Source: Lepidodermella squamata
Taxonomy: Eukaryota; Animalia; Gastrotricha
Direction: 5' to 3'
Assembly (NCBI GenBank): GCA_047495785.1
Contig: JBLDXI010000024.1
Coordinates: 5,022,001 to 5,086,000, forward strand
Length of the DNA stretch: 64,000 nt
Part shown: in pieces, positions 34,090 through 43,243 of the stretch
Position numbering within the stretch: the first letter of the stretch is position 1
Layout of the letters: every line of letters starts with the position of its first letter
Notes under the pieces: model-generated
What the model was told of the DNA's origin: nothing
Databases searched by the model: none
Seen by the model: only the letters and a program-made list of their open reading frames with translations
Position numbers and translations under genes: made by a program

Positions 34090-35539
34090 GACTGGAAAAT
34101 TACGATACGCTTGGTTGAATTGAGCGAAACATTTCCAGTATTACTAGAAAGAATCTGAATTCTACAAAAAAAATTAACTTCGATATTTTAATGAAATTGA
34201 TTTAAATTTCTCAAAAATTCAATAGGTGGTAATAAAAAATCGAATGAGTCCATATGAATATTATTCTCTAGCAATTTTACGAATTTTACTTGATTTTAGG
34301 TGATTTTAAAATTTTCGCATAAAGAAAAGTTAAAATGAGTTGTTCCAATTAGGATAACATATTTCGCATTTATGCAGCGATTCTTGTGATTTTTCCAAAA
34401 AAATTAAATAAAAAATAGTCTGCGGAAAATGTCGAATGTCGGATTAAGCTACTCGAAAATATCCTAATTAAGAATACACTAAATAATTGTGATAAAAAGC
34501 GGATAAGTAACGAAAAAATGGCCGTCGACATGGCTGGAGTGAATCGTAGTCAAAGGCGTGTAGAGAGCTCTACTCTCGCATATACATTCATCAATATAGG
34601 TAAGTCTGCGGCCATTCACGGCTGAGAAATAACACAACTCGAGTAAATAACACAGCCGTGTACTAGGCAAGCACACATCACGCCTAATTTTTTGTTTACC
34701 TAACAACGACTCAGGTAATATACGATGTATAACTGCAGGAATATCACCTCTTGTTCTTGTTCCTCGCGCCTGCCCAGTTCCGGCGCCGTGCTAAGAAACT
34801 GACCGATGCGACGGTTGTGCAAAAAACCGAAAATACCATCGAGGTGGGCACAATGTCAAGGCCATGATCTTGTATACTACTTACTATCTTCCTTTATTAC
34901 ACACAGGGTGGGTTCTGCTGAGGTGGACAGCACGCAATGATGCGACAATTGGCCGAGTGCAGTGCCTGTTTTGAGCCGACGTGGTCACTATTACTATATA
35001 ATGCGACGGATTGTTTTCTCGGGCGTAAACAAGGCAGGAAAAAACACTTCTTCTCATGGCAATAATTTATTTTTTACGCTATACTTATTCGTTCTTTTTC
35101 CGAGCCGTATCAGAGGCATAATATCGCTTTCCGTTCAAACATATCTTGGTGCAATATGTAATAAATATAGCATAATTTCAGCATTAAAATGGCATCATTT
35201 TTTAATATAGGTACTGCATGCTGGTGTACTATCGAAAGAAAAAGTTTACTAAATAATGGTGGTATAATGATAATCATTAATACCGGCTATAGTTGTGAAG
35301 AAATCAACCAAAGAACGAGGGAAGCGAGGAAATGTTGCAGATTTTCCACTGAAACACTCTCCAAGACCTCTCAAAATTGACAAAATAGCGGGCGGAACTC
35401 TGATTTTTCTGTAGCGGTCTAGCCGAGCAGGGTGATGATACCCCTCTGAAAGTCGCCCACTGTTTGCCTGGAATTAAGTAGCATTTTAGTCGCAATGATC
35501 GTCGACTGTAGAATTATACTACATTCACGTTTATTCCTT

Positions 35540-36673
35540 CTAACTTTGATTTTCCAGAGCACTTTTCGCTACGATACTGACATAAGTGCACGCAATAGAG
35601 AACATCAGAGCCGAAATGCAGAAAGCAACAACATCATAAAATCTTCCGTAGGTGATTGAAAAATCGCCAACTTGAAGATATGGCGAAGTAAAATAGGTTT
35701 TATATGCTTTAGCCAAACCGCAAATTACAAGGTTATACATTGTAAGGAGCCCTGATATCAGTTCACATGCCATGATGAAATTACCGAGCAGAGTTGACCT
35801 GGGCTGCTTTGGCAGCTCGTCGCCTATCTGGACATGCATGAATGTAAGCGCAAGTAGAATGGTCACTGAATAGGATGGCCGATCTCCTAGAGTAGGATGA
35901 ATTAGGAGAGAACTAAGGCCGAACAAGGTCAGAACTCCAGTAGGAATAACATAGAACCATACATGATACGCGTATCGCCGATAGATTTTGAAAGGAAATA
36001 GCACATTGCTTGTGGTATTTTTTACCATCAAAGGCCTGAAATGGCCCCAATGAACATCGAAGTCGCCGAAATTGCTGGCCGTGGTTTTGTCTCTAATTCT
36101 TGGGTACAGTTCAGTTCCAGTTCTCGTGCTGAAAAGCGCTATCGAAACTTCACAGATGTGTTGGTCGAAAGGAAAAAGCGACATGTCCATTTCGCAATTC
36201 GATTCAAATACATGAGATATGACCCAGAGAAATGCAACATTCGAAGGCGTGGAGCTGGGATAAATTTCGAAGCTCGACTTAGCTCCGACCATACCAACAT
36301 CTTCGACGGCATTTTTGTGAATAATCCTTGGCTTCCACGCCCATGACTCCTCAATTTTAGTTTTAGGAAGTATCTTAGGCATGTTCTTACAGTATGCTCG
36401 CCATTTCGAATAAAGCGATCCACGAACTCTGAATGACAGCGATAATTCATCGACGCCGAGAAATGTTTCGAATATGAAATAAACCTCGATGTTTGTAGGT
36501 TTACAGGGTCGCCCGTCCCTCGAACTGTTTGAAGCGCAATCAGGAGCAATCGATTCTGGAGACAACGTCCTGCATTGTGAGATGAGAGCGTAAGACTTTG
36601 ATAGCAGAGTTTTGATCGCAAAGCAATGAAACAAAACAGCTTGAAGGACTGCTATGAATAAAATCCTTTTCAT
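35540..36673 (-). CDS. Y-type intronless Cys-loop ligand-gated ion channel subunit, 377 aa
   Basis: Signal peptide, loop A-like WKPRI, Cys loop C-x13-C (CEMDMSLFPFDQHIC), pre-M1 RR, four TMs, very short M3-M4 loop. Confidence 0.88.
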   Translation of the reverse strand: MKRILFIAVLQAVLFHCFAIKTLLSKSYALISQCRTLSPESIAPDCASNSSRDGRPCKPTNIEVYFIFETFLGVDELSLSFRVRGSLYSKWRAYCKNMPKILPKTKIEESWAWKPRIIHKNAVEDVGMVGAKSSFEIYPSSTPSNVAFLWVISHVFESNCEMDMSLFPFDQHICEVSIALFSTRTGTELYPRIRDKTTASNFGDFDVHWGHFRPLMVKNTTSNVLFPFKIYRRYAYHVWFYVIPTGVLTLFGLSSLLIHPTLGDRPSYSVTILLALTFMHVQIGDELPKQPRSTLLGNFIMACELISGLLTMYNLVICGLAKAYKTYFTSPYLQVGDFSITYGRFYDVVAFCISALMFSIACTYVSIVAKSALENQS

Positions 36674-37007
36674 TTTTGAGTAGAACTGAAATGCTATGTT
36701 TTGCTCAACCTCCTAGCCCAGGAAATTTTGTCTGGGCGAGTCGCAATATCCTGGTCTACTAAATTGAGATTTTTTGTTCTCTGAAATGATATGACGAATG
36801 CATACTGTTAGATTCAATATCAGTGGCGGCAATCAATTCTGAAATCTGAATAAAGATGCTTTATTGTGGAAGCTTACAACATTTCGGTTTTCACAAAACG
36901 CAAGTGTCCGCCCACATGGAACAAATTCATGAAACATCAAGAATCAGTTTTGAGAAGGAAAAGGGACAGTTTTGGTAACAATTACGCCCCAATCTGATGC
37001 ATGGATT

Positions 37008-38210
37008 TTAAAATTTCGAAACATCCTCGGCATCGGTGTCTTGCCCTGGCTCGCTATGAATTTGAAACACAGAAACATGAGTGTAGGAGAGAAACGCTAG
37101 ACTTGCTATCAGGGCGACAATGTCAATACTGCGATTCAAAGATATTTTTAGCCCGCGAAAGTGAATGACATTCGCCAAAAACCGTTGTTTATAAGTTTTG
37201 ACAAGGCTGAAAGTTGCCAAAGTGTATAGCCCAATGACACAGGACAACAGCTGGCAGTATCTTATGTAAGACGAAAGCAGTATCGGCTGTGATGTTTCTG
37301 GGGTCCTGGCGTTAACTTCGAGCTGTAAAACAGTCAGAGATAGAACAAGTGCGATAGAAAATGCAGGCCGATGTGGCATGGAGGCATGCATTGCCAGGGA
37401 AATCAGATTGAAGCTTGTCAGCACCACACAAGGAGCCATGAGAAACCGGACGTAGAATGTAGGGTCACGGCGTAGTTTGTATAAGAATACTGGGTAGTCA
37501 ATTTTATCCAAGCGATACCCTCCTAACACTGGAATTATGTCTTCAACAACCCAACAGCTACGATTGTGAGGCTTGAAGTTTTTGTCCAAAAAAGACCTCC
37601 CGAAGTGTTCAAGTGATTCTGAATTTAGAGTGCGGAATACGATTGCGCAAGTTTGGCGGTCGAAAGGGAAACGGCTCAGGTCGAAATAACAATTTGTTGT
37701 GAACATACCAGTGATTGTTCTTGTGAATTGCACTGATTCCGTGCGTATACGGGCAGCTAGCTGAGTTGAAACTCCGTGCAGGCCTACGTTTTCTACCGCT
37801 CTGTCAAGATATATGTAGGGATACCAGAACTGAGATTCGTCGGGGTAGAAAATGCTTTTGTCGTCTTGCTTGCTCAACTTTGAACATGGGGAATTCCAGA
37901 CGAGCTTGATAGTTGCGGAGACTTGGATTGTCTGCAAAACATCACTGACATCGACCAAGCGAATCGGATAGTAATAAAGGTCAACTTCCGTTTTTCGACA
38001 TTCTATTGCCTCGGCGATTTCCTTTGCCGTTCCTTTCTCATAGCAGCTTGCACTAGGAGATTCGCGGGAGAAATGCGGACACCTCATCAGTAAGTCGACC
38101 GTCATCCTGTGCTCTGAGGCATATTTTTCGAAGTTTTCGCTCCCCACGAATAGTAAAACATAAGAAAAATCGAGCAGAAATCCCAATAACCTCAAATTTG
38201 AGAAATTCAT
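37008..38210 (-). CDS. X-type intronless Cys-loop ligand-gated ion channel subunit, about 400 aa
   Basis: First ATG at 38210. WYPYIYL, Cys loop CYFDLSRFPFDRQTC, LRRDPTFY pre-M1, four TMs, short M3-M4 loop. Confidence 0.88.
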   Translation of the reverse strand: MNFSNLRLLGFLLDFSYVLLFVGSENFEKYASEHRMTVDLLMRCPHFSRESPSASCYEKGTAKEIAEAIECRKTEVDLYYYPIRLVDVSDVLQTIQVSATIKLVWNSPCSKLSKQDDKSIFYPDESQFWYPYIYLDRAVENVGLHGVSTQLAARIRTESVQFTRTITGMFTTNCYFDLSRFPFDRQTCAIVFRTLNSESLEHFGRSFLDKNFKPHNRSCWVVEDIIPVLGGYRLDKIDYPVFLYKLRRDPTFYVRFLMAPCVVLTSFNLISLAMHASMPHRPAFSIALVLSLTVLQLEVNARTPETSQPILLSSYIRYCQLLSCVIGLYTLATFSLVKTYKQRFLANVIHFRGLKISLNRSIDIVALIASLAFLSYTHVSVFQIHSEPGQDTDAEDVSKF

Positions 38211-38576
38211 TGATATTAGAGGCAAGATGAATGAATCAAGAAACTCGTGGATTGATGCTGGTCGCTTAGGGGAAGGTAAATAAGCCTAGCATTCAGATCG
38301 GCACGCCATATCTAACAAAGTGTCATTTTTCATCAAGCAGCTGCTGAAGCGTTAGAATATTATTCAACACCGAGCGGGAGGACGAGATGAGTCAACAGTC
38401 AAAATATACAGCCCACAATTCGCAAATATTTATGAAGCTGGGCTGCAGTTCCAAGGCAGTTCACAGACCCTCACAGGGCTTCTTCAAAGACTAGCTCTCT
38501 GATCCTTGTCATTAGAAATGAATCGTTCGAGGGAATCGAGGAAATTGTTGTAATCCATCCGAAAATGTGAAAATAG

Positions 38577-38660
38577 TGTCAGAAGTGGGGTTCGAACCCA
38601 CGCCCTCTTTCGAGGACCAGATCTTGAGTCTGGCGCCTTAGACCGCTCGGCCATCCTGAC
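38577..38660 (-). tRNA. tRNA-Leu(CAA), module A (intact also at 47052, 51293, 53688, 56083, 63908)
   Basis: CCAGA-CT-CAA-GA-TCTGG anticodon arm, long variable arm. Confidence 0.95.
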
Positions 38661-38760
38661 CAGATGTAGCTACTCTGGGAAATTGTTGTAATCCATCCGA
38701 AAATATGAGAAATTTGGCCGTTTAAAGGGCGAGCGCATTGCATTGCCGCATCTATCGATA

Positions 38761-38825
38761 GGCGAAATGGCTATCGCGTCGGACTTCGGATCCGAAGATT
38801 GTGGGTTCGAGTCCCATCAGCGTCG
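38761..38825 (+). pseudogene. tRNA-Arg(TCG) pseudogene, module A (also at 42099, 47236, 51477, 53872, 56267)
   Basis: Lacks the first 8 nt (GGCGCTGT) present at 27653-27725, so the acceptor stem cannot form. Confidence 0.88.
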
Positions 38826-38915
38826 GCTCTATTTTTGCTGGCCTTTTCTTTCGGCTGAGCTGTTATCATAGCAACAGAATTATCACTTGTCAAGCTGTCA
38901 AGAATAATCACAAGG

Positions 38916-38988
38916 GCCTTCCTAGCTCAGTCGGTAGAGCATGTGACTTTTAATCACAGGGTCGGGGGTTCGAGTCCCCCGGAGGGCG
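38916..38988 (+). tRNA. tRNA-Lys(TTT), module A (6 copies)
   Basis: TGTGA-CT-TTT-AA-TCACA. Confidence 0.95.
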
Positions 38989-39055
38989 CAATATTTTTAC
39001 CCAGGGTAACATGTTTATGGCATCGACCGGCTGCTAAGAAGACGAAGATCTCGAA

Positions 39056-39128
39056 GGGGGATTAGCTCAAATGGTAGAGCGCTCGCTTAGCATGCGAGAG
39101 GTAACGGGATCGACGCCCGTATCCTCCA
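39056..39128 (+). tRNA. tRNA-Ala(AGC), module A (6 copies)
   Basis: CTCGC-TT-AGC-AT-GCGAG, G3:U70. Confidence 0.95.
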
Positions 39129-39201
39129 TATACTTTTTTCGGCAAGATAAAAAAGGCTGAAATGAGGAGACTGCGCTTGCGAAAATAAAGCAGTCAACCG
39201 C

Positions 39202-39273
39202 GGCTCAGTAGCTTAGTGGTAGAGCGTCTGCCTAGTAAGCAGAAGATCGAGGGTTCGATCCACCCCTGAGCCT
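39202..39273 (+). tRNA. tRNA-Thr(AGT), module A (6 copies, T-stem variants)
   Basis: TCTGC-CT-AGT-AA-GCAGA; this copy has two T-stem mismatches (GAGGG/CACCC). Confidence 0.82.
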
Positions 39274-39363
39274 GGTCTTGACACTTTTTGCAGCATTCGG
39301 AGGTCTTCCGTCCCTTTTATATAGCCATTTCATTCAGGATCAAAATTGGAAAGGCTAAAAGTG

Positions 39364-39435
39364 TTCCCTGACCGGGAATCGAACCCGGGCCGCCGCGGTG
39401 AAAGCGCGGAATCCTAACCACTAGACCATCAGGGA
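39364..39435 (-). tRNA. tRNA-Glu(TTC), module A (6 copies)
   Basis: CCGCG-CT-TTC-AC-CGCGG. Confidence 0.95.
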
Positions 39436-39526
39436 GGTGCAAAATCCCTGTTGTATGCGTAAACTGTGAAGAACTCAAATTATCAACGTCATCGCACCTT
39501 CAGCAACTCTGTGCAAAAAATAGAAT

Positions 39527-39598
39527 GGGCCCGTTCGGGAATTGAACCCGAGACCTCTCGCACCCGAAGCGAGAATCATACCCCTAGACCAACGGGCC
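39527..39598 (-). tRNA. tRNA-Pro(CGG), module A (6 copies)
   Basis: CTCGC-TT-CGG-GT-GCGAG. Confidence 0.95.
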
Positions 39599-39678
39599 AA
39601 CCTGACTTTACCCAATTGGCAACTGGCAACCAAAGACTTTATTAGAACGTCTCCAGCGTTTATGCAAAACATGCGATA

Positions 39679-39751
39679 CGCCGAGACCCGGGATCGAACC
39701 AGGGACCTTTAGATCTTCAGTCTAACGCTCTCCCAACTGAGCTATCTCGGC
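39679..39751 (-). tRNA. tRNA-Phe(GAA), module A (6 copies)
   Basis: TTAGA-CT-GAA-GA-TCTAA. Confidence 0.95.
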
Positions 39752-39848
39752 TGTTATTTACAGCAGTGCTAAAGTCGAAGCTTAACTTGTAGCTTAGCTA
39801 GGGAGCTCAATGCAGGCTGCTATGACTTTGGCAGCAAATAAAAAACTG

Positions 39849-39865
39849 CGCTCCTGGGTGGGCTC

Positions 39866-39905
<40 letters not shown>

Positions 39906-39922
39906 AATTGCGCCACAGAAGC
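39849..39922 (-). tRNA. tRNA-Asn(GTT), module A (6 copies)
   Basis: TTCGG-CT-GTT-AA-CCGAA. Confidence 0.95.
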
Positions 39923-40105
39923 TGGCTAATCGCAGACTCGGCATCACCACTCAGCAATATGTAGCTTTTAACGCGAGCGTTGCCATGATCACGTTGTTGC
40001 CGTTACAGTTTGGCTGTAGCCGAGGTTAGATCGGCCTTCGCATAGAATATAAACAGAGCTGAACTGTCCTTCATCAATGATCCTCAGCCGCTTTAGCTCT
40101 GCCAA

Positions 40106-40191
40106 CCCGCGATAGCTCAGCTGGTAGAGCGGAGGACTGTAGATGCAACGCAGCTATCCTTAGGTCGGTGGTTCAAGTCCGCCTCGCGGGA
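40106..40191 (+). tRNA. tRNA-Tyr(GTA) with 13-nt intron (40143-40155), module B (4 copies)
   Basis: GAGGA-CT-GTA-G [ATGCAACGCAGCT] A-TCCTT; intron at the canonical 37/38 position. Confidence 0.93.
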
Positions 40192-40268
40192 TTGCATGGT
40201 TTTTCACTTTCGTTGGGTAGCAGCTTTTCATTCGTTCGTCAGTAAAAATGCGCTGATAGATGTGCAAA

Positions 40269-40340
40269 GGCCCGTTGGTCTAGGGGTATGATTCTCGCTT
40301 TGGGTGCGAGAGGTCTCGGGTTCAAATCCCGGACGGGCCC
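40269..40340 (+). tRNA. tRNA-Pro(TGG), module B (4 copies)
   Basis: CTCGC-TT-TGG-GT-GCGAG. Confidence 0.95.
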
Positions 40341-40424
40341 AAGCTTTTTGAGCTAATAGCTGAAGCGGCAGCATTACAAAAGGTGTTTGCCATAACCTTG
40401 AGCGCATGTAATGTTATCACAGCG

Positions 40425-40495
40425 GCATCGGTGGTTCAGTGGTAGAATTCTCGCCTGCCACGCGGGAGGCCCGGGTTCGATTCCCGGCCGATGCA
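40425..40495 (+). tRNA. tRNA-Gly(GCC), module B (4 copies)
   Basis: GCATCGG/CCGATGC, CT-GCC-AC loop. Confidence 0.95.
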
Positions 40496-40591
40496 AGCGA
40501 CCCTGTTTTTTCATATCAGCTTCGATGTGCATCAGGCAAATTATGAGCGCAGCAAAATTAAAAGCACTGACAATTCAAGACGCTTCAGTCA

Positions 40592-40663
40592 TCCTTGGTA
40601 GTATAGTGGTTAGTATCCCCGCCTGTCACGCGGGAGACCAGGGTTCGATTCCCTGCCAAGGAG
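40592..40663 (+). tRNA. tRNA-Asp(GTC), module B (4 copies)
   Basis: TCCTTGG/CCAAGGA, CT-GTC-AC loop. Confidence 0.95.
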
Positions 40664-40733
40664 TCAGCTTTTTTAGTTGCGGCGCATAGGTTTCGAGCCA
40701 ATTTTTTGAGAAAATTGCTAAAAAGTTGATTGC

Positions 40734-40806
40734 CGCCCGATGTGGGGCTCGAACCCACGACCCTGGGATTAAGAGTCCCATGCTCTACCGACTGAGCTAA
40801 CCGGGC
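40734..40806 (-). tRNA. tRNA-Lys(CTT), module B (4 copies)
   Basis: TGGGA-CT-CTT-AA-TCCCA. Confidence 0.95.
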
Positions 40807-40885
40807 TGAGGCGCTATCAATTGCCTAAGCCGACAATTATGAAGCAGTTGACTGCTGGCGAATGTTGACTGCCATCAAAAATACT

Positions 40886-40958
40886 CGAGGCTGCCAGGAG
40901 TCGAACCTGGAATCTTCTGATCCGTAGTCAGACGCGTTGTCCATTGCGCCACAACCCC
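40886..40958 (-). tRNA. tRNA-Arg(ACG), module B (4 copies)
   Basis: TCTGA-CT-ACG-GA-TCAGA. Confidence 0.95.
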
Positions 40959-41025
40959 ATTCGGTCGAAAGAAGGCTTGCAAGCGCTAATTAGCAGGCAG
41001 GAATGGGACTGAAGTGAAAAATGCA

Positions 41026-41109
41026 TGTCAGAAGTGGGATTCGAACCCACGCCAGTAGAAACTGACTGCGACCTGAACGCAGCGCCTTGGACCGCTCGGC
41101 CATCCTGAC
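41026..41109 (-). tRNA. tRNA-Leu(CAG), module C, native form (also at 44364, 49501, 58532)
   Basis: CTGCG-TT-CAG-GT-CGCAG, T loop TTCGAAT. Confidence 0.95.
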
Positions 41110-41278
41110 GAGATGGTGGAATAGATTGCTGATATCCTGCAGACGGCATTTTGCAAAGCTAAGATATCGCAGAGCAAGTACAGCAAACAGCAAAGTCGTA
41201 TAACTGTTGCCAATATAAAACTAGCCAGCTACGCCGATCGGGGTGTATCGTTTCTTAAACTGCTGAAGAAGCACTCAA

Positions 41279-41360
41279 GTCGCTATGCCCGAGTGGTTAA
41301 GGGGTCTGACTAGAAATCAGATGCGGTCTCCGCGCGTAGGTTCAAATCCTACTGGCGACG
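41279..41360 (+). tRNA. tRNA-Ser(AGA), module C (14 copies)
   Basis: TCTGA-CT-AGA-AA-TCAGA, long variable arm. Confidence 0.95.
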
Positions 41361-41435
41361 ACAGTTATTTTTGCATTATAACGACTGAAACTCAGTTCTG
41401 CAGTTAGCCTCCAGAACAGTCCTCGCTTTCATCAG

Positions 41436-41507
41436 GCGTCAGTGGTGTAACGGTCAGCATGGTTGCCTTCCAAGCAGCCGATCCGGGTTCGACTCCCGGC
41501 TGACGCA
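41436..41507 (+). tRNA. tRNA-Gly(TCC), module C (14 copies)
   Basis: GTTGC-CT-TCC-AA-GCAGC. Confidence 0.95.
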
Positions 41508-41586
41508 CACGTTTTTAGCTCACACGTTTGAAAGCAATTGCTAGTGACGAGATTAAAGCTGTCCTTCCCAAAACCAGCGTTCGAGA

Positions 41587-41658
41587 GGTCCCATGGTGTA
41601 GCGGTTAGCACTCTGGACTCTGAATCCAGCGACTCGAGTTCGATTCTCGATGGGACCT
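41587..41658 (+). tRNA. tRNA-Gln(CTG), module C (14 copies)
   Basis: CTGGA-CT-CTG-AA-TCCAG. Confidence 0.95.
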
Positions 41659-41762
41659 TGATACGTTTTTTCAAACAAACTTTCAGCTCACTCACTCTCA
41701 GCTGATGGAAACTTGCGATCGCAATATTTGTTACCATTCAAACCTTTTCTTTCACTAGCCTA

Positions 41763-41834
41763 GGGGGCATAGCTCAGTGGTAGAGCGTCTCATTCGCATT
41801 GTGAAGGTCTCGGGTTCAATCCCCGATGCCTCCA
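41763..41834 (+). tRNA. tRNA-Ala(CGC), module C (14 copies)
   Basis: TCTCA-TT-CGC-AT-TGTGA, G3:U70. Confidence 0.9.
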
Positions 41835-41921
41835 GTTGGCAATTTTTTCGCGTAACCTCTCGAAGATTAGTTGCTATATCGGTGAAAGTGACCAGAAATT
41901 ACGCTAAAAATGTGAAAATAG

Positions 41922-41998
41922 TGTCAGAAGAGGGGTTCGAACCCACGCCCTCTTTCGAGGACCAGATCTTGAGTCTTATATCGCTCGGCCATCCTGAC
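41922..41998 (-). pseudogene. Damaged tRNA-Leu(CAA) at the start of unit 2
   Basis: GGCGCCTTAGAC is replaced by TATAT (net -7 nt, D arm and anticodon stem lost), plus a T-stem substitution. Confidence 0.85.
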
Positions 41999-43203
41999 CA
42001 GATGTAGCTACTCTGGGAAATTGTTGTAATCCATCCGAAAATATGAGAAATTTGGCCGTTTAAAGGGCGAGCGCATTGCATTGCCGCATCTATCGATAGG
42101 CGAAATGGCTATCGCGTCGGACTTCGGATCCGAAGATTGTGGGTTCGAGTCCCATCAGCGTCGGCTCTATTTTTGCTGGCCTTTTCTTTCGGCTGAGCTG
42201 TTATCATAGCAACAGAATTATCACTTGTCAAGCTGTCAAGAATAATCACAAGGGCCTTCCTAGCTCAGTCGGTAGAGCATGTGACTTTTAATCACAGGGT
42301 CGGGGGTTCGAGTCCCCCGGAGGGCGCAATATTTTTACCCAGGGTAACATGTTTATGGCATCGACCGGCTGCTAAGAAGACGAAGATCTCGAAGGGGGAT
42401 TAGCTCAAATGGTAGAGCGCTCGCTTAGCATGCGAGAGGTAACGGGATCGACGCCCGTATCCTCCATATACTTTTTTCGGCAAGATAAAAAAGGCTGAAA
42501 TGAGGAGACTGCGCTTGCGAAAATAAAGCAGTCAACCGCGGCTCAGTAGCTTAGTGGTAGAGCGTCTGCCTAGTAAGCAGAAGATCGAGGGTTCGATCCA
42601 CCCCTGAGCCTGGTCTTGACACTTTTTGCAGCATTCGGAGGTCTTCCGTCCCTTTTATATAGCCATTTCATTCAGGATCAAAATTGGAAAGGCTAAAAGT
42701 GTTCCCTGACCGGGAATCGAACCCGGGCCGCCGCGGTGAAAGCGCGGAATCCTAACCACTAGACCATCAGGGAGGTGCAAAATCCCTGTTGTATGCGTAA
42801 ACTGTGAAGAACTCAAATTATCAACGTCATCGCACCTTCAGCAACTCTGTGCAAAAAATAGAATGGGCCCGTTCGGGAATTGAACCCGAGACCTCTCGCA
42901 CCCGAAGCGAGAATCATACCCCTAGACCAACGGGCCAACCTGACTTTACCCAATTGGCAACTGGCAACCAAAGACTTTATTAGAACGTCTCCAGCGTTTA
43001 TGCAAAACATGCGATACGCCGAGACCCGGGATCGAACCAGGGACCTTTAGATCTTCAGTCTAACGCTCTCCCAACTGAGCTATCTCGGCTGTTATTTACA
43101 GCAGTGCTAAAGTCGAAGCTTAACTTGTAGCTTAGCTAGGGAGCTCAATGCAGGCTGCTATGACTTTGGCAGCAAATAAAAAACTGCGCTCCTGGGTGGG
43201 CTC

Positions 43204-43243
<40 letters not shown>

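Noticed and set aside
35540-38210. Bacterial origin (GLIC/ELIC-like) for the compact intronless channels
   Set aside because: Both have the eukaryotic disulfide Cys loop, which prokaryotic pLGICs lack; compactness alone is not evidence of transfer.
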